63,094 nt of DNA, taken from assembly GCF_004010195.1 (NCBI RefSeq), contig NC_057749.1, forward strand, positions 18,330,488 to 18,393,581, in the 5' to 3' direction. The position numbers and the translations under genes are program-made. The notes below the pieces were generated by a model, which saw only the letters and a list, made by a program, of their open reading frames with translations, ran no database searches and had not been told where the DNA came from. This DNA is from Chiloscyllium plagiosum (lineage: Eukaryota). Shown here piece by piece: positions 46,975 to 60,109 of the stretch. The first letter of the stretch is position 1, and every line of letters starts with the position of its first letter.

Positions 46975-48935
46975 CAGACCTAGAAGCAGAGGTTGGCCAT
47001 TCGCCCTATTGAATCTGCTCCATTTAATGAGCTCATGGCTAATCGGATGATCCTAGACTCTATTTTGCTACCTTTTCCTATATCCTTGGATCCTCTTGCT
47101 GATTAAACATCTGTTCAGTCTTGAATGTGTTTAACAATCCAACCCCAACAGCCCTTTGCCATCATGAATTCCAGAGATTGTTTACATTCTTGCTCATCTG
47201 TGCCTTAAATGTGTGACTCCTTATTTTAAGATTATTCCTCCTTGTCCTCAACTCTTTGACAAGGGGGAAATCACCCTCTCTGCATTTATCCTGCCAAGTC
47301 CTCCTAGAATCTTTTTAATAAGATCTCTCTTCCTTCTAAATTTAGAGTACAGGCCCAATCTACTCAACTTCTGTTCATGAGACAATCCTTCCATACTGGT
47401 ATCAACTGAGGGCTGCCTCCAAAGCCAGTATTTCATTCTTCAGATAAGGCCCCCAAAACAGTTCACAGTAATCCTTAGGACTGATTAGTGTCTTATAATG
47501 TTTCAGCAAAATCTCCCTACTTTTATGTTCCATTGCCTTTGGAATAAAGGCCAACATAAAGGTTACCTTCCCTATTACTGGCTGAATTTGGATGCTAGTT
47601 TTTTGATTTATGGATTAGGATTCTCAAATCCCTCTATTCCAAAGCTTTCTGCAGTCTTACTCTATTTAAATAATATTGAGCTCTTCTATTCTATTCTTCC
47701 TGCCATTTCCCCACATTATATTTCATTTGTCAAGTTTTTGCCCACTCGCTTAACCTGTCTATCTACTCTGAAGTCTCTGATCGTTCTCACCGCTTGCCTT
47801 CCTACCTGTGTGTGTGTGTCATCTGCAAACATGGTGATAGTGCATTCATTTCCATTATCCAAGACTTGTCAAGTTTTTGCCCACTCGCTTAACCAGTCTA
47901 TCTACTCTGAAGTCTCTGATCGTTCTCACCGCTTGCCTTCCTACCTGTGTGTGTGTCATCTGCAAACATGGTGATAGTGCATTCATTTCCATTATCCAAG
48001 ACATGAATTTTTTTTAATATAAAATCCCTACAGTGTGAAAACAGGCCCTTTGGTCCAACTGTTCCACACTGACCCTCCAAAGAGTAACCCACCCAGAACC
48101 ACTCCCCTACCCTATTACTCATAATGTATAGTCATCTCTATAGATAAAAATGTATTAATATGTATACTATAGAACATAGAAAAGTATAGCACAGAACTGG
48201 CCCTTTGGCCCACGATGTTATGCCGAGATTTAATCCTAATGTGAAATCTAGGAACTTAACCTACGCACCCCTCAACTCACTGTTATCCATATGTATGTCC
48301 AGCAGTTGCTTAAATGTTCCCAATGACTTTGCTTCCACCACCACCACTAGCAACGCATTCCATGCATTCACAACTCTATCATCCTAGCATTGATCCCTGT
48401 GGCATTCCACTGGTCATAGGTTGCCAATATTGAAAATCCTCCGCTTAAGACCATAAAACCAGTGGAAGCAAGGCCATTTGGCCCATCGAGTCCACTCTGC
48501 CATTTAATCATGGCTGATGGACGTTTCAATTCCACTTACCTGCACTCTCCCCGTAGCCCTTTGTTCCTTGCGAGATCAGGAATTTATCAATCCCTGCCTT
48601 GAAGGCAGCCAATGTCCCAACCTCCACTGTGCTCCGTGGCAATGAATTCCACAGGCCCACCACTCTCTGGCTGAAGAAATGTCTCCTCATTTCCTTATCC
48701 CAACTCTGTTATCTCTTAATAAGTCAATCCTCTATCCATACCAATAAATGATCTCCAACAACTTGGGCTCTTATTAAGTAGCCTAGTATGTGGTACCTCT
48801 AGAAGATGCCTTCTAAAAATCCAAAGATATTACTTGCTTTCCCTTTATCCATCCTGCTTGTTACCTTTCCAGTGAATTCTAATAAATTTGTTAAACATGA
48901 TATCCCCTTAATGAAGCCTTGCTGACTCTGCTTGC
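46975..48935 (-). mobile_element. CR1 LINE RT to 3' end, with nested LINE/SINE tails and a tandem duplication
   Basis: EGLSHEQKLSRLGLYS; TITMFADDT. Extra tails at about 48020-48120, 48170-48380 and 48450-48690. Confidence 0.75.
47727..48002. repeat. Direct tandem duplication (139 nt plus 137 nt)
   Basis: 47727-47865 and 47866-48002 differ by one substitution and one TG unit. Confidence 0.95.
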
Positions 48936-49291
48936 TCATATATATATATATATATATGCACTGGATGGTCGGAGAGCCATAATCTTAGCTGCAGCATTAA
49001 CACTCCTTACAATCACTGCCTCCAAAGCATGATAACCACTACTTTCAAGCCTGACCTCTCCCACTCTCATCGTAGTGTCCTGGTATTTCAGAACTGGTCC
49101 AAAGGTGTCCAGGCTGGTGGATTGACCATGTTAAATTGTCTGCAGTTCAGATTAGGAGCATTAGCCACGGTAAGTATTGGGTTACAGGAATATGGTGCAT
49201 TTGGGTGAGATGCTGTTTGGAAGGTCCGTGCTGACTTGCTGGCTAAATGGCCTTTATTAGTACTGTAAGGATCGTGTGGTTCTATAACTGA

Positions 49292-49670
49292 GGTGACATG
49301 GTGACTCAGTGGTTGGCATTGCTGTCTCACAGCACCAGGCTTCAATTCTCGCCTTGGCTGACTGTCTCTTCCTGTGTTTGCGTGAGTTTCCTCTGAGTGC
49401 TTCAGTTTCATCCCACAGCACAAAGAAGTGCTGGCTAGGTGGATTGGCTATGGGAAATTTTCCATAGTGTCCAGGGATCTGCAGGCTCGCTGGATTAGCC
49501 ATGGGAAATACAGGGTTTTTTAACTTTGTACACCCCAGACCAACACTGGCATCTCCAAATCAGGGATTCAGGAATAGGGTAGGGTACTCTTTAGAGGGTC
49601 AGCGTTGCCTTGATTAGCCGAATGGCCTGTTTCCACACTATAGGGACTCTATGTTTCTGTAGGGATTCTG
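49292..49670 (+). mobile_element. Diverged HE1-type V-SINE with a small insert at about 49517-49561
   Basis: ggtgactcagtggttggcattgctgtctcacagc head; ggcctgtttccacactatagggac tail. Confidence 0.8.
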
Positions 49671-51306
49671 TGTATGCTGGGGGAATATCAGGATACGAAA
49701 TTGAGCCAATTCTTTTCCAAAAACCGAATTATAACTGTCATATTTTTCCCCATCTCACTCTCCAGGAACCTCCACGGTCCCAACCATTCTGCAGTGCAGG
49801 ATAGCAGGGTTTGCCTTTTTGCCATAAGTTTATTTTTGAAATGTTACAGACATGATGAGTCTGAAGACACAGATGTCAGAATAGAACCTCCTTCATGCTG
49901 GATAATGAGATGAACAGATGCTGTCACTGTGTCAGACTGACGGAAGCAACTCCTGAGAGAACTTGGATAGGTTTGGGTGGGAAGGAATAAGAAAGAGAGA
50001 CAGATTGACTGACTGGGATGTAGAGCGTTGGTTATCCAGAGTGAGACTCTAGTTCAAATGCTGTTTTTCAGCAGAGACTGCTTCCCTTAATAGATAATGG
50101 AAAGATAAAAGAACCAAAAGGGATGTAACAAAATAGAAACACATTTAGCATGAGCTCTCCTGGGTAAAATCTGTGCCTTTTTCAAGGGCTGGATGAGCAG
50201 AATTACAGAGTCTGGTCCAGCAACTTGGGAACAGGCTTTTGAAGTACATTGACAGCAGCTCAGGGAAAATTACTCTTGACCCTGTGTGTTGCACTCTGAC
50301 ATCATGCATCTATTAAACAAATCCCTGTGTCTGCAAGAGCTGCACTGAACAGAATGTGGTGTGATCTTGCATCACAGAGGGAAGGGAATTGAGGACATTC
50401 CCCAGAGTGGAATCCTTGTGAACTCCTAATGAGTGCGCTTTCTTGTTTGGCAGTACTCACAATAAGAAAACAAGAGACTGCTAGAGTAGGCTTCCAACAG
50501 GGGCACTCTTCTTTCTGGACTGCAGTGTACTGGGTTGCAGTTTTACGCATTGCCACGATCGAAGGGCTACCCTCTGTATCATTTGCTGACAGGAGACTGT
50601 GGGAGGTAAGATTGTTGAAAGGACCTTTACATAAGCTGTTCACAAAGTGGAGCGGCTCAGTGGGATGGGGAAGAGGTGGGATGGAAGAATGGATGGCATT
50701 GACATGGAGGATCAGCCATGATCGTGGACCTGGCTTGTAAGATGGAATGACCTACTGCTCCTTCCAGTTTCTATATTCTCGGTGGCAGAAACAGCTCGGC
50801 TTCCCAGGCTTGAATGCTAGGCAAAGGGTTTGGAGGAGGCAGAGATTTAGAAAAGCACTCCTGAGGAATGAATGATGATAGCTCCTCAGTGGAACTGCTC
50901 CAAATTAAATCTGCGGTGTTTGCCGGAGTCGAAGTCGTGGGAGGTACAAACCCTCTCGAATTCCCCACTAATGGTCACAGCAGAAATTCCGATGTACCAT
51001 GTGATCTAGTATTCTGAAATTTCCAACTCTTGTCCTTTATGGGTTGCAAATGCAGAATCTAGATACAAGTTAAATGTGTATTTCAGTTCGCAGATGTTAC
51101 TGAATCCTGATGTTCTGATTTAGGATTTATCCACCTCTGAGGGTGTCTTAAAGATAATCCTACCCAAATGTTCATGCCCACAGCAAGGAAGCAGTCTCAT
51201 TGTGGGCAGGATTCTCTCACTGAAGCTTCAAGGTTCAGATGACTGTGACTCTGTAGGCTGTACACCGCTCAGTAGATGGTTCCATTTCTCAGGCTGAGCA
51301 GTGAGA

Positions 51307-52182
51307 TGCTGGAAGAAGCTCAGCAGCATCCGAGGAGCAGGAGAGTCGATGTTTCTGGCATAAGCCCTTCATCAGGAATGTGGAGGGGCAAGGGGAATGA
51401 GAGATAAATAGAAAGGTGGGAGTGGGGCTGGGGTGAGGGGGGTGTGTTGGGGGAAGGGGGGGAAGGTAGGTGGATGCAAGGGGGAGGTGATTTTGGTAGG
51501 TTGATGGGAAGGAAGGTGGACAGATAGGTCAGGTCAAGAGGGCGGTGTCAAGTCAGAGGGTTGGATCTGGGATGAGGTGGGGTTTGGGGAGATTTGGAAA
51601 CTGGTGAAGTCAGTGTTGATGCTATGTGGTTGTAGGGTCCCGAAATGGAAGGTAAGGGGGTAACCTTTTCACGCAGAAGACCGTGCATGTATGGTAGGAG
51701 CTGCCAGAGGAAGTGGTGGAGGCAATTATAATTACAGTATTTAAAAGGCATCTGGTTGGTTCTATAAATAGGAATGATTTTGAGCGATATGGGGCCAAGT
51801 GCTGGCAAGTGGGATTAGGTCAGATCGGAACATCTGGTAGGCATGGACAAGATGGACTAAGGGTCTGTTTCCGTGGTGTATGATTCAATGACTATGACTC
51901 AAGCATTCACTCAATGCCCACCTCCTGCCCCGCCACCCTACAACCACATGGCATCAACATTGACCTCACCAGTTTCCAAATCTCTCNNNNNNNNNNCCCA
52001 TCCCAACCCCACTCCCATATTTATCTCTCATCCCCCTTTCCCCCCTCCACGTTCCTGATGAAGGGCTTATGCCTGAAATGATGGCTCTCCTGCTCCTCGG
52101 ATGCTGCCTGACCTGCTGAGCATTTTCCAGCATCACACTTTTTTGACTCTGACTCTCCAGCGTCTACAGTTCTCACTTTCTC
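51307..52182 (+). mobile_element. Long fold-back PLE-derived element with a CR1 fragment in its loop; contains a 10-N assembly gap (51987-51996)
   Basis: 13-bp TSD CTGA(G/T)CAGTGAGA (51294-51306 and 52183-52195). Arms at about 51307-51640 and 51933-52135. cctgatgaagggcttatgcctgaaatg core. Confidence 0.8.
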
Positions 52183-52245
52183 CTGATCAGTGAGAACTCC
52201 ACCTAAGAACATGACAGCAGCTGATTCTACCATGAATTGGTTGGT

Positions 52246-53150
52246 TGCTTGAGTCATAGTCATTGAATCATACAGCATGGAAACAGATCTTGGTCCATCT
52301 TGTCCATGCTGACCAGATGTTCCAATCTGACTTAGTCCCATTTGCCAGCAGTTAGCCAATATCCCTCAAAGTCCTTCCTATTTAGAGACCCATTCAGATG
52401 CCTTTTAAATTCCCTCGGGCAGCTCTTACCATTCACGCACAACCCTCTGCGTGAAAATGTTACCCCTCGGGTCCTTTTTAAATCTTTTCCCTCTCACCTT
52501 AAACCTATGCCGTCTCGTTTTGGATTCCCTTACCCGAGGAAAAAGACCTTGGCTATTCACCCTATGCATCCCCTTATCATTTTATTAACCTCTAGAAGGT
52601 CACCCCTCAGCCTCCGATGCTCCAGGGAGAACAGCCCCAGCCTGTTCAGCTTCTACCTATCGCTCAAACCCTTCAGCCTTGGCAACATCCTTGTAAATCG
52701 TTTTTGCACCCTCTCAAGTTAACAACATCCATCCTGTAGAAGGGAAACCAGAATTGTATGCAGTGTTCTAAAAGTAGACACACCAGTGTCCTGAATATTC
52801 GCAATATGACATCCAAACTCCTACACTCAATGTTCTGACCAATGAAGGCAAAGTGCTGTCTTTACCACACTGTCTACCTGCAACACCCACTTTCAAGGAA
52901 CTGTACACCTGCATTCCTGGGTCTCTTTGCTCAGCAACACTCCCCAGGGCCCCACCATTAACTGTATAAAACCTGCCCTGATTTGCCTTGCCAAAATGCA
53001 ACACCTCACATTTATCAAAATTAAACTCCATCTGCCACTCTTTGGCCCATTGGTCCATCTGATCATGGTCCCGTTCTACTCCGAGATAATCTTCTTCGCT
53101 GTAGATTATAACTATTTTGGTGTCATCTGCAAACTTACTAACCATGCCTT
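52246..53150 (-). mobile_element. CR1/HER1 LINE RT to 3' end
   Basis: MVSKFADDTKI...QMDQWAKEWQMEFNFDKCEVLHFG. (gactat)n tail. Confidence 0.9.
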
Positions 53151-53200
53151 CTATATTTGAGACTCCAGTCCATTTCTTTCATTCATCAACAATATCATAT

Positions 53201-53528
53201 GGTGGCACAGTGGTTAACACCGCTGCCTCACAGCGCCAGAGACCCGGGTTCAATTCCCACCTCAGGCAACTGTCTGTGTGGAGTTTGCACATTCTCCCCG
53301 TGTCTGCGTGGGTTTCCTCCGGGTGCTCCAGTTTCCTCCTACAGTCCAAAAATGTGCAGGTTAGGTGAATTGGCCATGCTAAATTGCCCGTAGTGTTGGG
53401 TGAAGGGGTAAATGTAGGGGAATGGGTCTGGGTGGGTTGCTCTTCAGAGGGTCTGTGTGGACTTGTTGGGCCGAAGGGCCTGTTTCCACACTGTGAGTAA
53501 TCTAACTGTAAGTAATCTAAATCTAAAT
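53201..53528 (+). mobile_element. HE1-type V-SINE
   Basis: Canonical head, V-domain and tail. Confidence 0.92.
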
Positions 53529-54554
53529 CATTCATATCAAAAGCAAGAGTGGCAGGCAGTCATGAGGATGTGAGACAAAACATGGCTTCCTTAAAAAATC
53601 CCGATACAAAGGGTCAAATGGTCTCCTTTTCTGCTGGGAGATCTTGTCAAAAGAAGATACAAAAATACACAGGTGGAGTGGCATACTGATGCTCCATTTT
53701 ACAGGAATAAGGCTCAGGATTCCCGTGAATCCACTTGTAGATGGATATATCTAATTTTGTCCAGGTGACCTGTTTAAGTCAACTGTGTTCCCAGTCCAGT
53801 AGTCCCCACTCGGAGTGTGAGTAAGCTGCTTTTTTGAAAAGTGGCTTGTTCATTTTTTTGTCGTTTAGCCCTGCTGACCTAGTGCTGAACTCTTTTGCTG
53901 CCTTGCTCCTTCTGCTGACTTGTAATAAATGTTTGTCTCAAAATCTTGGAACTGAGCTGTGGTGATCCTTTGGCCTCACCCTGTCTCAGCAGTTTGTGAG
54001 TAACTGATGAACTGCCTCCTTTTAAAGTCTGTCTCGATGCACTGTTTTGTTGACTAAGTTAATATGTTATTTCCCAGAAGGTCAGATAGAAGGATTTCAC
54101 AGAGCCGTGATAGGTCACCCATATTTGCAGCTTCTAAACCAGTTAAAAATGGGATGTTGTAATTATATAAATAAAAATCTTAGCTATAAACCTTTCAGTA
54201 CTGTATGTGATAATATACATTTCTGTGGTATCTTTAAGCTAAGCATCCATCACTCCTGTGTAATTAGATCCACATCCATGGTATTCGCACTGTGCTAGTT
54301 CATGTTGCAGTTGAACTGAATTTGAAATGCAGTATTAATATTCTACCTGAGTACTGACTATTGTAAACAGTTTCCAGTGCAGTATTAACATATATTAATT
54401 TCTAATTCTAACCCAATCATTGTTCTGTTCTGCATTTCTGGTTAACATTAAAGGAATATCAAACATTCGTAACTATACTGTTGACTTTCAATATCCTTCA
54501 GTTCAAAGTAAATCCTCAGCTACAGTGTTTCGACACTGTCCGATGCTTAGACGA

Positions 54555-55018
54555 GACTGGTTAAATCTCATGGAATACAGACAGAACTAGCCATTTAGAT
54601 TCAGAACTGACTCAAAGGTAGAAGACAGAGGGTGGTGGTGGAGGATTGTTTTTCAGACTGGAGGCCTGTGCCAGCGGTATGCCACAAGATCGGTGTTGGG
54701 TCCACTGTTTTTCATCACTTATATAAATGATATGGATGTGAACGTTGGAGGTATGGTTAGTAAGTTTGCAGATGACGCCAAAATTGGAGGTGTACTGAAC
54801 AGCAAAGAAGGCTACATCAGATTACAACAGGATCTTGATCAGATGGGCCCTTGGGCTAAGGAGATGGAATTTTAAATAAATGCGAGGTGCTGCATTTTGG
54901 AAAAGCAAATCAGAGCAGGACTTAATGGTAAGGTACTGGGGAGTGTTGCTGATCAAGGAGACCTTGGAGTGCAGGTTCATAGCTCCTTGAAAGTGGAGAT
55001 GCAGGTAGATAGGATAGT
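54555..55018 (+). mobile_element. CR1 LINE RT fragment
   Basis: LGPLFFITYINDMDVNVGGMVSKFADDAKIGG. Confidence 0.9.
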
Positions 55019-55024
55019 GCTTTC

Positions 55025-55272
55025 TCAGCTACCTTCCCCCCACCCCCCATGGTTTTTATCCATGGTTAACCAACCTAGCCTGCACATCCCTGCACATTAT
55101 GGGGCAGTGTAGCATGGCCAATCCATCTAACCTGCACACCTGTGGACTGTGGGAGGAAACCGGAGCACCCAGAGGAAATGGGGAGAATGTGCAAACTCAA
55201 ACAGTCGCCCGAGGGTGGAATCAAAGCAATGATCCTGACCATGTGAGGCAGCAGTGCTAACCACTGTGCCAC
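55025..55272 (-). mobile_element. HE1-type V-SINE (3'-truncated)
   Basis: Reverse complement of ggtggcacagtggttagcactgctgcctcac plus the V-domain. Confidence 0.85.
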
Positions 55273-56381
55273 CCAATCCCTTCCCAAATCTGTCTCTTGA
55301 ATTCCTGAGATCAGTGTGTGAATCAATTTTCAAGTTATTTGCCGGAGGAGGGAGCGCCCTGATATTTAACAGGGTGGACTAATTGGAGGGAGGGAGGTAA
55401 GGCAGAGATTGTGGTGGAGGGATCAGATAAGGGAAGCTCAGCTCATTGAGTGCAAAAATATGTGACTGATGGCGGAAGTTCTGCTTGGTTGATAACAGTA
55501 GTTATAGCCAAGATAGAAGATTTGTCACTCCAACCATCAGTAAGTTGGGTTAGATTTCAAATTGTGGAAGTTCTGTCATCTCTCTTTCTCTTTCTATTAT
55601 TCACTGCTCCTTTCACTCCCCATGTGACCCTTGCCCATTCCATCCTACATTCCTGCGCACCCCCCCATCCCGTTTCCTGTGGTCTTGGAGTAAAAGCTGG
55701 TTGGACGAAGTGTACTGCTTTGGTTTAGCAAGACCATAGCAAATTCACAGGTCTGACTGACAAGGGTATCACATATTCCATACAGGCAGCTCCCTGGGGC
55801 ATGATGTTGAATGCTCCCTGATGTACGGAGTATCATAAGTTGCTTGTTCTGCCACCCTTTTCCGTATTTCCTACAATCTTTTCCTGCACTCCTCACAGCA
55901 GCAGCAAAAGATCACTGCCGTCTGATATAGTTATCATCTGTTCCAGCTGTATCATTTTCCCTTCACCAGTCAGTCAAAAAGTTACTGGCAGTGTGTCAAC
56001 TCTGACTAGCAGGAAGCCCTGAGGTATGATACTTATCCCCTGTACTCAATTCCACTTGCTGTTATCATCTCCATTGCTTTTAGACTGCAAGAATAAGGAT
56101 GGATGAATAGAAGTCTTGTGACCAATAGCATAATTTCTCTCCAAGTTGCCTGCTGAGTATGGACTGCCAGTCTGATCTCAGGGACTTGTTGAGCAGAGTT
56201 GATGCCTGGAACTCTGAACATCATAAGCAGCGTAGGCGATTTAGGTTTACTGATTTGTGATGGTGTTGCAGGGTGGAGAGGGAGGCAGGGTCCAATTTCA
56301 GGCTAATAATTCTCTTCACTATCAAACCAGTGACAGTGGCTGGCTGACTGGAAGGGAGGGACATGATTCATAGAATAAATA

Positions 56382-56545
56382 CAAAGAACTTGGGATGTTG
56401 TAAATCTGAAACAAAAGCAGAGTGCTGTGTGAAACTCAGCCAGTCACACAGCATCTGTACAGAGAAAACAGTGACTCTTCATCAGAACATCCTGACTCAA
56501 AATTAACTGGCAGACCTGCTGTGTTTCCCTCGCATTTTGTTTTTG
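56382..56545 (-). mobile_element. Degenerate fold-back PLE-derived element
   Basis: caaaagcagagtgctg...cagcatctg and cttcatcag (CTGATGAAG on the minus strand), then the inverted arm cagacctgctgtgtttcc...ttttgtttttg. Confidence 0.55.
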
Positions 56546-57095
56546 TGTCATGGTTCGTCAAATTGTTTTGAGTAGGGGTGTGATGTTTCAATAACTTGGA
56601 TAGGGGATTTCAGGGAAAAGTATGTGAATGTTTGCATTCTTGCCAGTTATCAGTTCATTGTTAAGTAGTGAAACCTGTCTTCAAATCGCTGTGTGGAGGT
56701 CTGAAGTCAATCAGACTTTAAAACAGCAACACAGAAGTTTTAGGTTTTAGGCAGATAAAAATAGATACATTTATGTCACAACTTTTATGACCCAGAGCAT
56801 CCTGAGGTGTTATGACCAAACACGCCAGTATGATTTTATCTATTTTCCAAAGCGGTCTCTGAGATTGGCAATGGTGTGAAATTAAGTGCTGTTTTTGGTG
56901 TCGCCCTTGCCCAAGAGAAACTGGGATAACACTCTCTGAATCCATTTCACAACTAGCTGTTTGTGTCCAGCATTCCAATCCCGATCTTAGTGGTAAATAG
57001 AAGGTAAAATTGCTACAGTCTTACCAGACCCATCCCCCCCTCATTAGAGAGAATCGTGGGTTAACCTAAGGGTCACCACACTTCAGGCGAGGGGA

Positions 57096-58366
57096 GAGTC
57101 ATAGAGTCATCAAGATGTACAGCACAGAAACAGACCCTTCGATTCAACTCGACCATGCCGACCAGATATCCTAACCTAATCTATTCTGATTTGCCAGCAC
57201 TTGGCCCATATCCCGCTAAACCCTTCCTATTCATATGCCCATCCAGATGCCTTTTAAATAATGCAATTGTACCAGCCTCTACCACTTCCTCTGGCAGCTC
57301 ATTCCATACACACACACACCACCCTACGCATGGAAAAGATTGCCCCTTAGGTCTCTTTTATATCTGTCCCCTCTCACCTTAAACCTATGCCCTCTAGTTC
57401 TGGACTACCCCAGCCCAGGGAAAAGACTTTGACTATTTATCCTCTCCATGCCCCTCGTGATTTTATCAACCTCTATAAGGTCACCCCTCAGTCTCCAACA
57501 CACCAAGGAAAACAGCCCCAGCCTTTTTAGCCTCTCCGTATAACTCAAATCCTCCAACCCTGGCAACATCCCTGTAAATCTTTTCTGAACCCTTTCAAGT
57601 TTCACAACATCCTTCTGCTAGGAAGGAGACCAGAATTGCACCCAGTATTCCAAAAGGGGCCTAACCAGTAACCTGTACAGCCACAACAAACCAGTAAAGG
57701 AAAGCATAGCAAATGCCTTCACTATCCTATCTACCTACGGCTCTACTTTCAAGGAGCTATGAACCTGCAATCCAAGGCCTCTTTGTTCAGCAACACTTCA
57801 TAGGACCTTACCATTAAGTGTATAAGTCCTGCTAAGATTTTCTTTCCTAAAATGCAGCACCTTGCATTTATCTAAATTAAACTCCATCTACCACTTCTCA
57901 GCCCATTGGCCCATCTGGTCAAGATCCCATTGTAACATTCGCTGTTCATTACACCAATTTTGGTGTCACCTGCAAACTTACTAACTATATCTCTTATGCT
58001 CACATCCAGATCATTTATATAAATGATGAAAAATAGTGGACTCAGCACCGATCCTTGTGCATTCCACTGCAGGCCTCCAGTCTGCAAAGCAACCCTCTAC
58101 CATCACCCTCTGTCTTCTACCTTTGAGTCAGTTCTGTATCCAAATGGCTAGTTCTCCCTGTATTCCATGTTTTATCTAACCTTGCTAACCGGTTTCCCAT
58201 GGGGAACCTTGGCGAACACCTTACTGAAGTCCATATAGATTACATCTACCGCTCTATCCTCATCAACCTCCTTTGTTACTTCAGTAAACTCAATCAAGTT
58301 TGTGAGACATGATTTCCCACACATAGTGTTGTTGACTATCCCTAATCAGTCCTTGCCTTTCCAAAT
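57096..58366 (-). mobile_element. CR1/HER1 LINE RT to 3' end
   Basis: QGSVLSPLFFIIYINDLD...SKFAGDTKIG and KLERVQKRFTGMLPGL...LRGDLIEV. (gactctat) tail. Confidence 0.92.
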
Positions 58367-59424
58367 GGGTTGAGAAAGAGAATCTTTCTTGATAACCTCA
58401 GCTGTTGCAGGAATTGAAGGTGCACTGATTGCATTAGGCTGCATTGCAAACCAACCATCCACTCAACTCGGCTGAACTGACCCCTAGTAACAGTGAAGTT
58501 AAATTTACTATGCCCCTCACTCCGTGGAGATTTTCTGGTGAGGTGCTGGGGTGCTAATGATGTGTGCCAAAATAGGAGACATGACCATTGGAGGAAATTA
58601 CTAAATGTCACTCCTCCTTCCTATTGAGCTGTAGTTGTAGGTGTAGCTATAATGTTCAATAATATCAATGCCAGCCTTTATACTGACAGCATGGTGTGAG
58701 AGCAGGTGTTGTAATTGATTGAGGCGGAAGGGGAGTTTTCAGACTTGGCGTTAAACGGATCAACTCATCAGCCTTTATCTCCATAGTGACTCCGTGAATG
58801 CTGTATATGTTAAAGGATTACATTTTAGCTCTTCAAAGTTTGCTTGGGACTAACTAGCCCACACCACAGGCAGTGGTTTGGTACTCTGGTTACCTTGCTC
58901 ACCTTCGGTTTTCTAAACTGTTATTATAGTGCTGGTGTTAACTGGTGATCAAGACACGAAGGCTTTGATCTGTGGCCACAGTAGTCCTTTTTTTTAAACG
59001 GCACTATGGGAAAGCTAAACATTGTGCATCATTTTGAGAATAGTGGGGGAGGTGGAGACAGCTGGAGTACTTGAACGAACCTATTGAGAAATGTCACTGA
59101 ATTGCTGGGATGGCCGGCCCGTTGACATCATTGCACTGTTGGGAATGTGCATTGCTGAGATTCACCCTGGGCTGTGTCGAGAAGGTAACCCTTGGGTACC
59201 ACCTGAGAGCACAGAACTGGTCCCTAGTGCAGGTGTATAGTCTCCAGGGAACTGAGTTGGGTGGTCAGCAGTGATCATATTGAATGGCAGAGCAGGCTCC
59301 AAGGGCTGAATGGCCTGCTCCTAATTCCTGTGTTTCGACATTTCTGTTCACAGAGCCACCTGTAGGTTGAGTGTGTGAGAGGGGATATCTCTTTGTTCCT
59401 TGGCTCTGCACCTTGTCAGCACTG

Positions 59425-59632
59425 GGAGAAAGTGAGGACTGCAGATGCTGGTGATCAGAATCGAAGAGTGTGGTGCTGGAAAAGCACAGCCGGTCAGGCA
59501 GCAACCGAGGAGCAGGAGAATCGATGTTTCGTGCATAAGCCCTTCAAAGGAATCATGCCTGATGAAGGGCTTATGCTTGAAATGTTGATTCTCCTGCTCC
59601 TCAGGTGCTTTTCCCGCACCATTCTCTCGACT
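59425..59632 (-). mobile_element. Fold-back PLE-derived element
   Basis: 12-bp TSD TTGTCAG(C/G)ACTG (59413-59424 and 59633-59644). Inverted arms. ctgatgaagggcttatgcttgaaatgtt at 59559. Confidence 0.85.
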
Positions 59633-59769
59633 TTGTCAGGACTGAATAGCTAGGGTGAGGATATCTGGCAAATACTTGTGCTTCTAGCCCAGTCACTATT
59701 GTTATTCCTTGCATTGAAATTGGATTAATGAGCATTAACAGGACCCTGTAAATTCCTAGTTGTACGAAT

Positions 59770-60015
59770 GCTTCGCTTGATCTGGAGGTTGTGATGGTGG
59801 GCAGAACCATCTGGAACAGAGCAGAAGATGTGGAAGCCAATTCAATGTATGTATTTAAAGCAGAGATCGATAGGCTTTTGATTAGTACAGGGATCAAGAG
59901 TTCTGGGACGATGGAAGGAGAATGTTCAAAGGTTCATCAGCCATGATCGAATTGCAGAGCAGATTCGGAAGTGGCTGATTGGTCTAATTCTGCTTCTATA
60001 TCTTGTGGTCTTATG
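59770..60015 (+). mobile_element. CR1 LINE 3' end
   Basis: atttaaagcagagatcgataggcttttg...tcagccatgatcgaat...ctaattctgcttctatatctt tail. Confidence 0.75.
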
Positions 60016-60109
60016 TTATGAAGTTATAGAAACGTGACCCATGTCACAACCCCAGATAAAACCCAAGCAAGCAAAAGGGAGGGGTTGGAGGGGTAGGGAT
60101 GGGAACCAG

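Noticed and set aside
48937..48957. (TA)n microsatellite
   Set aside because: Ordinary simple repeat.
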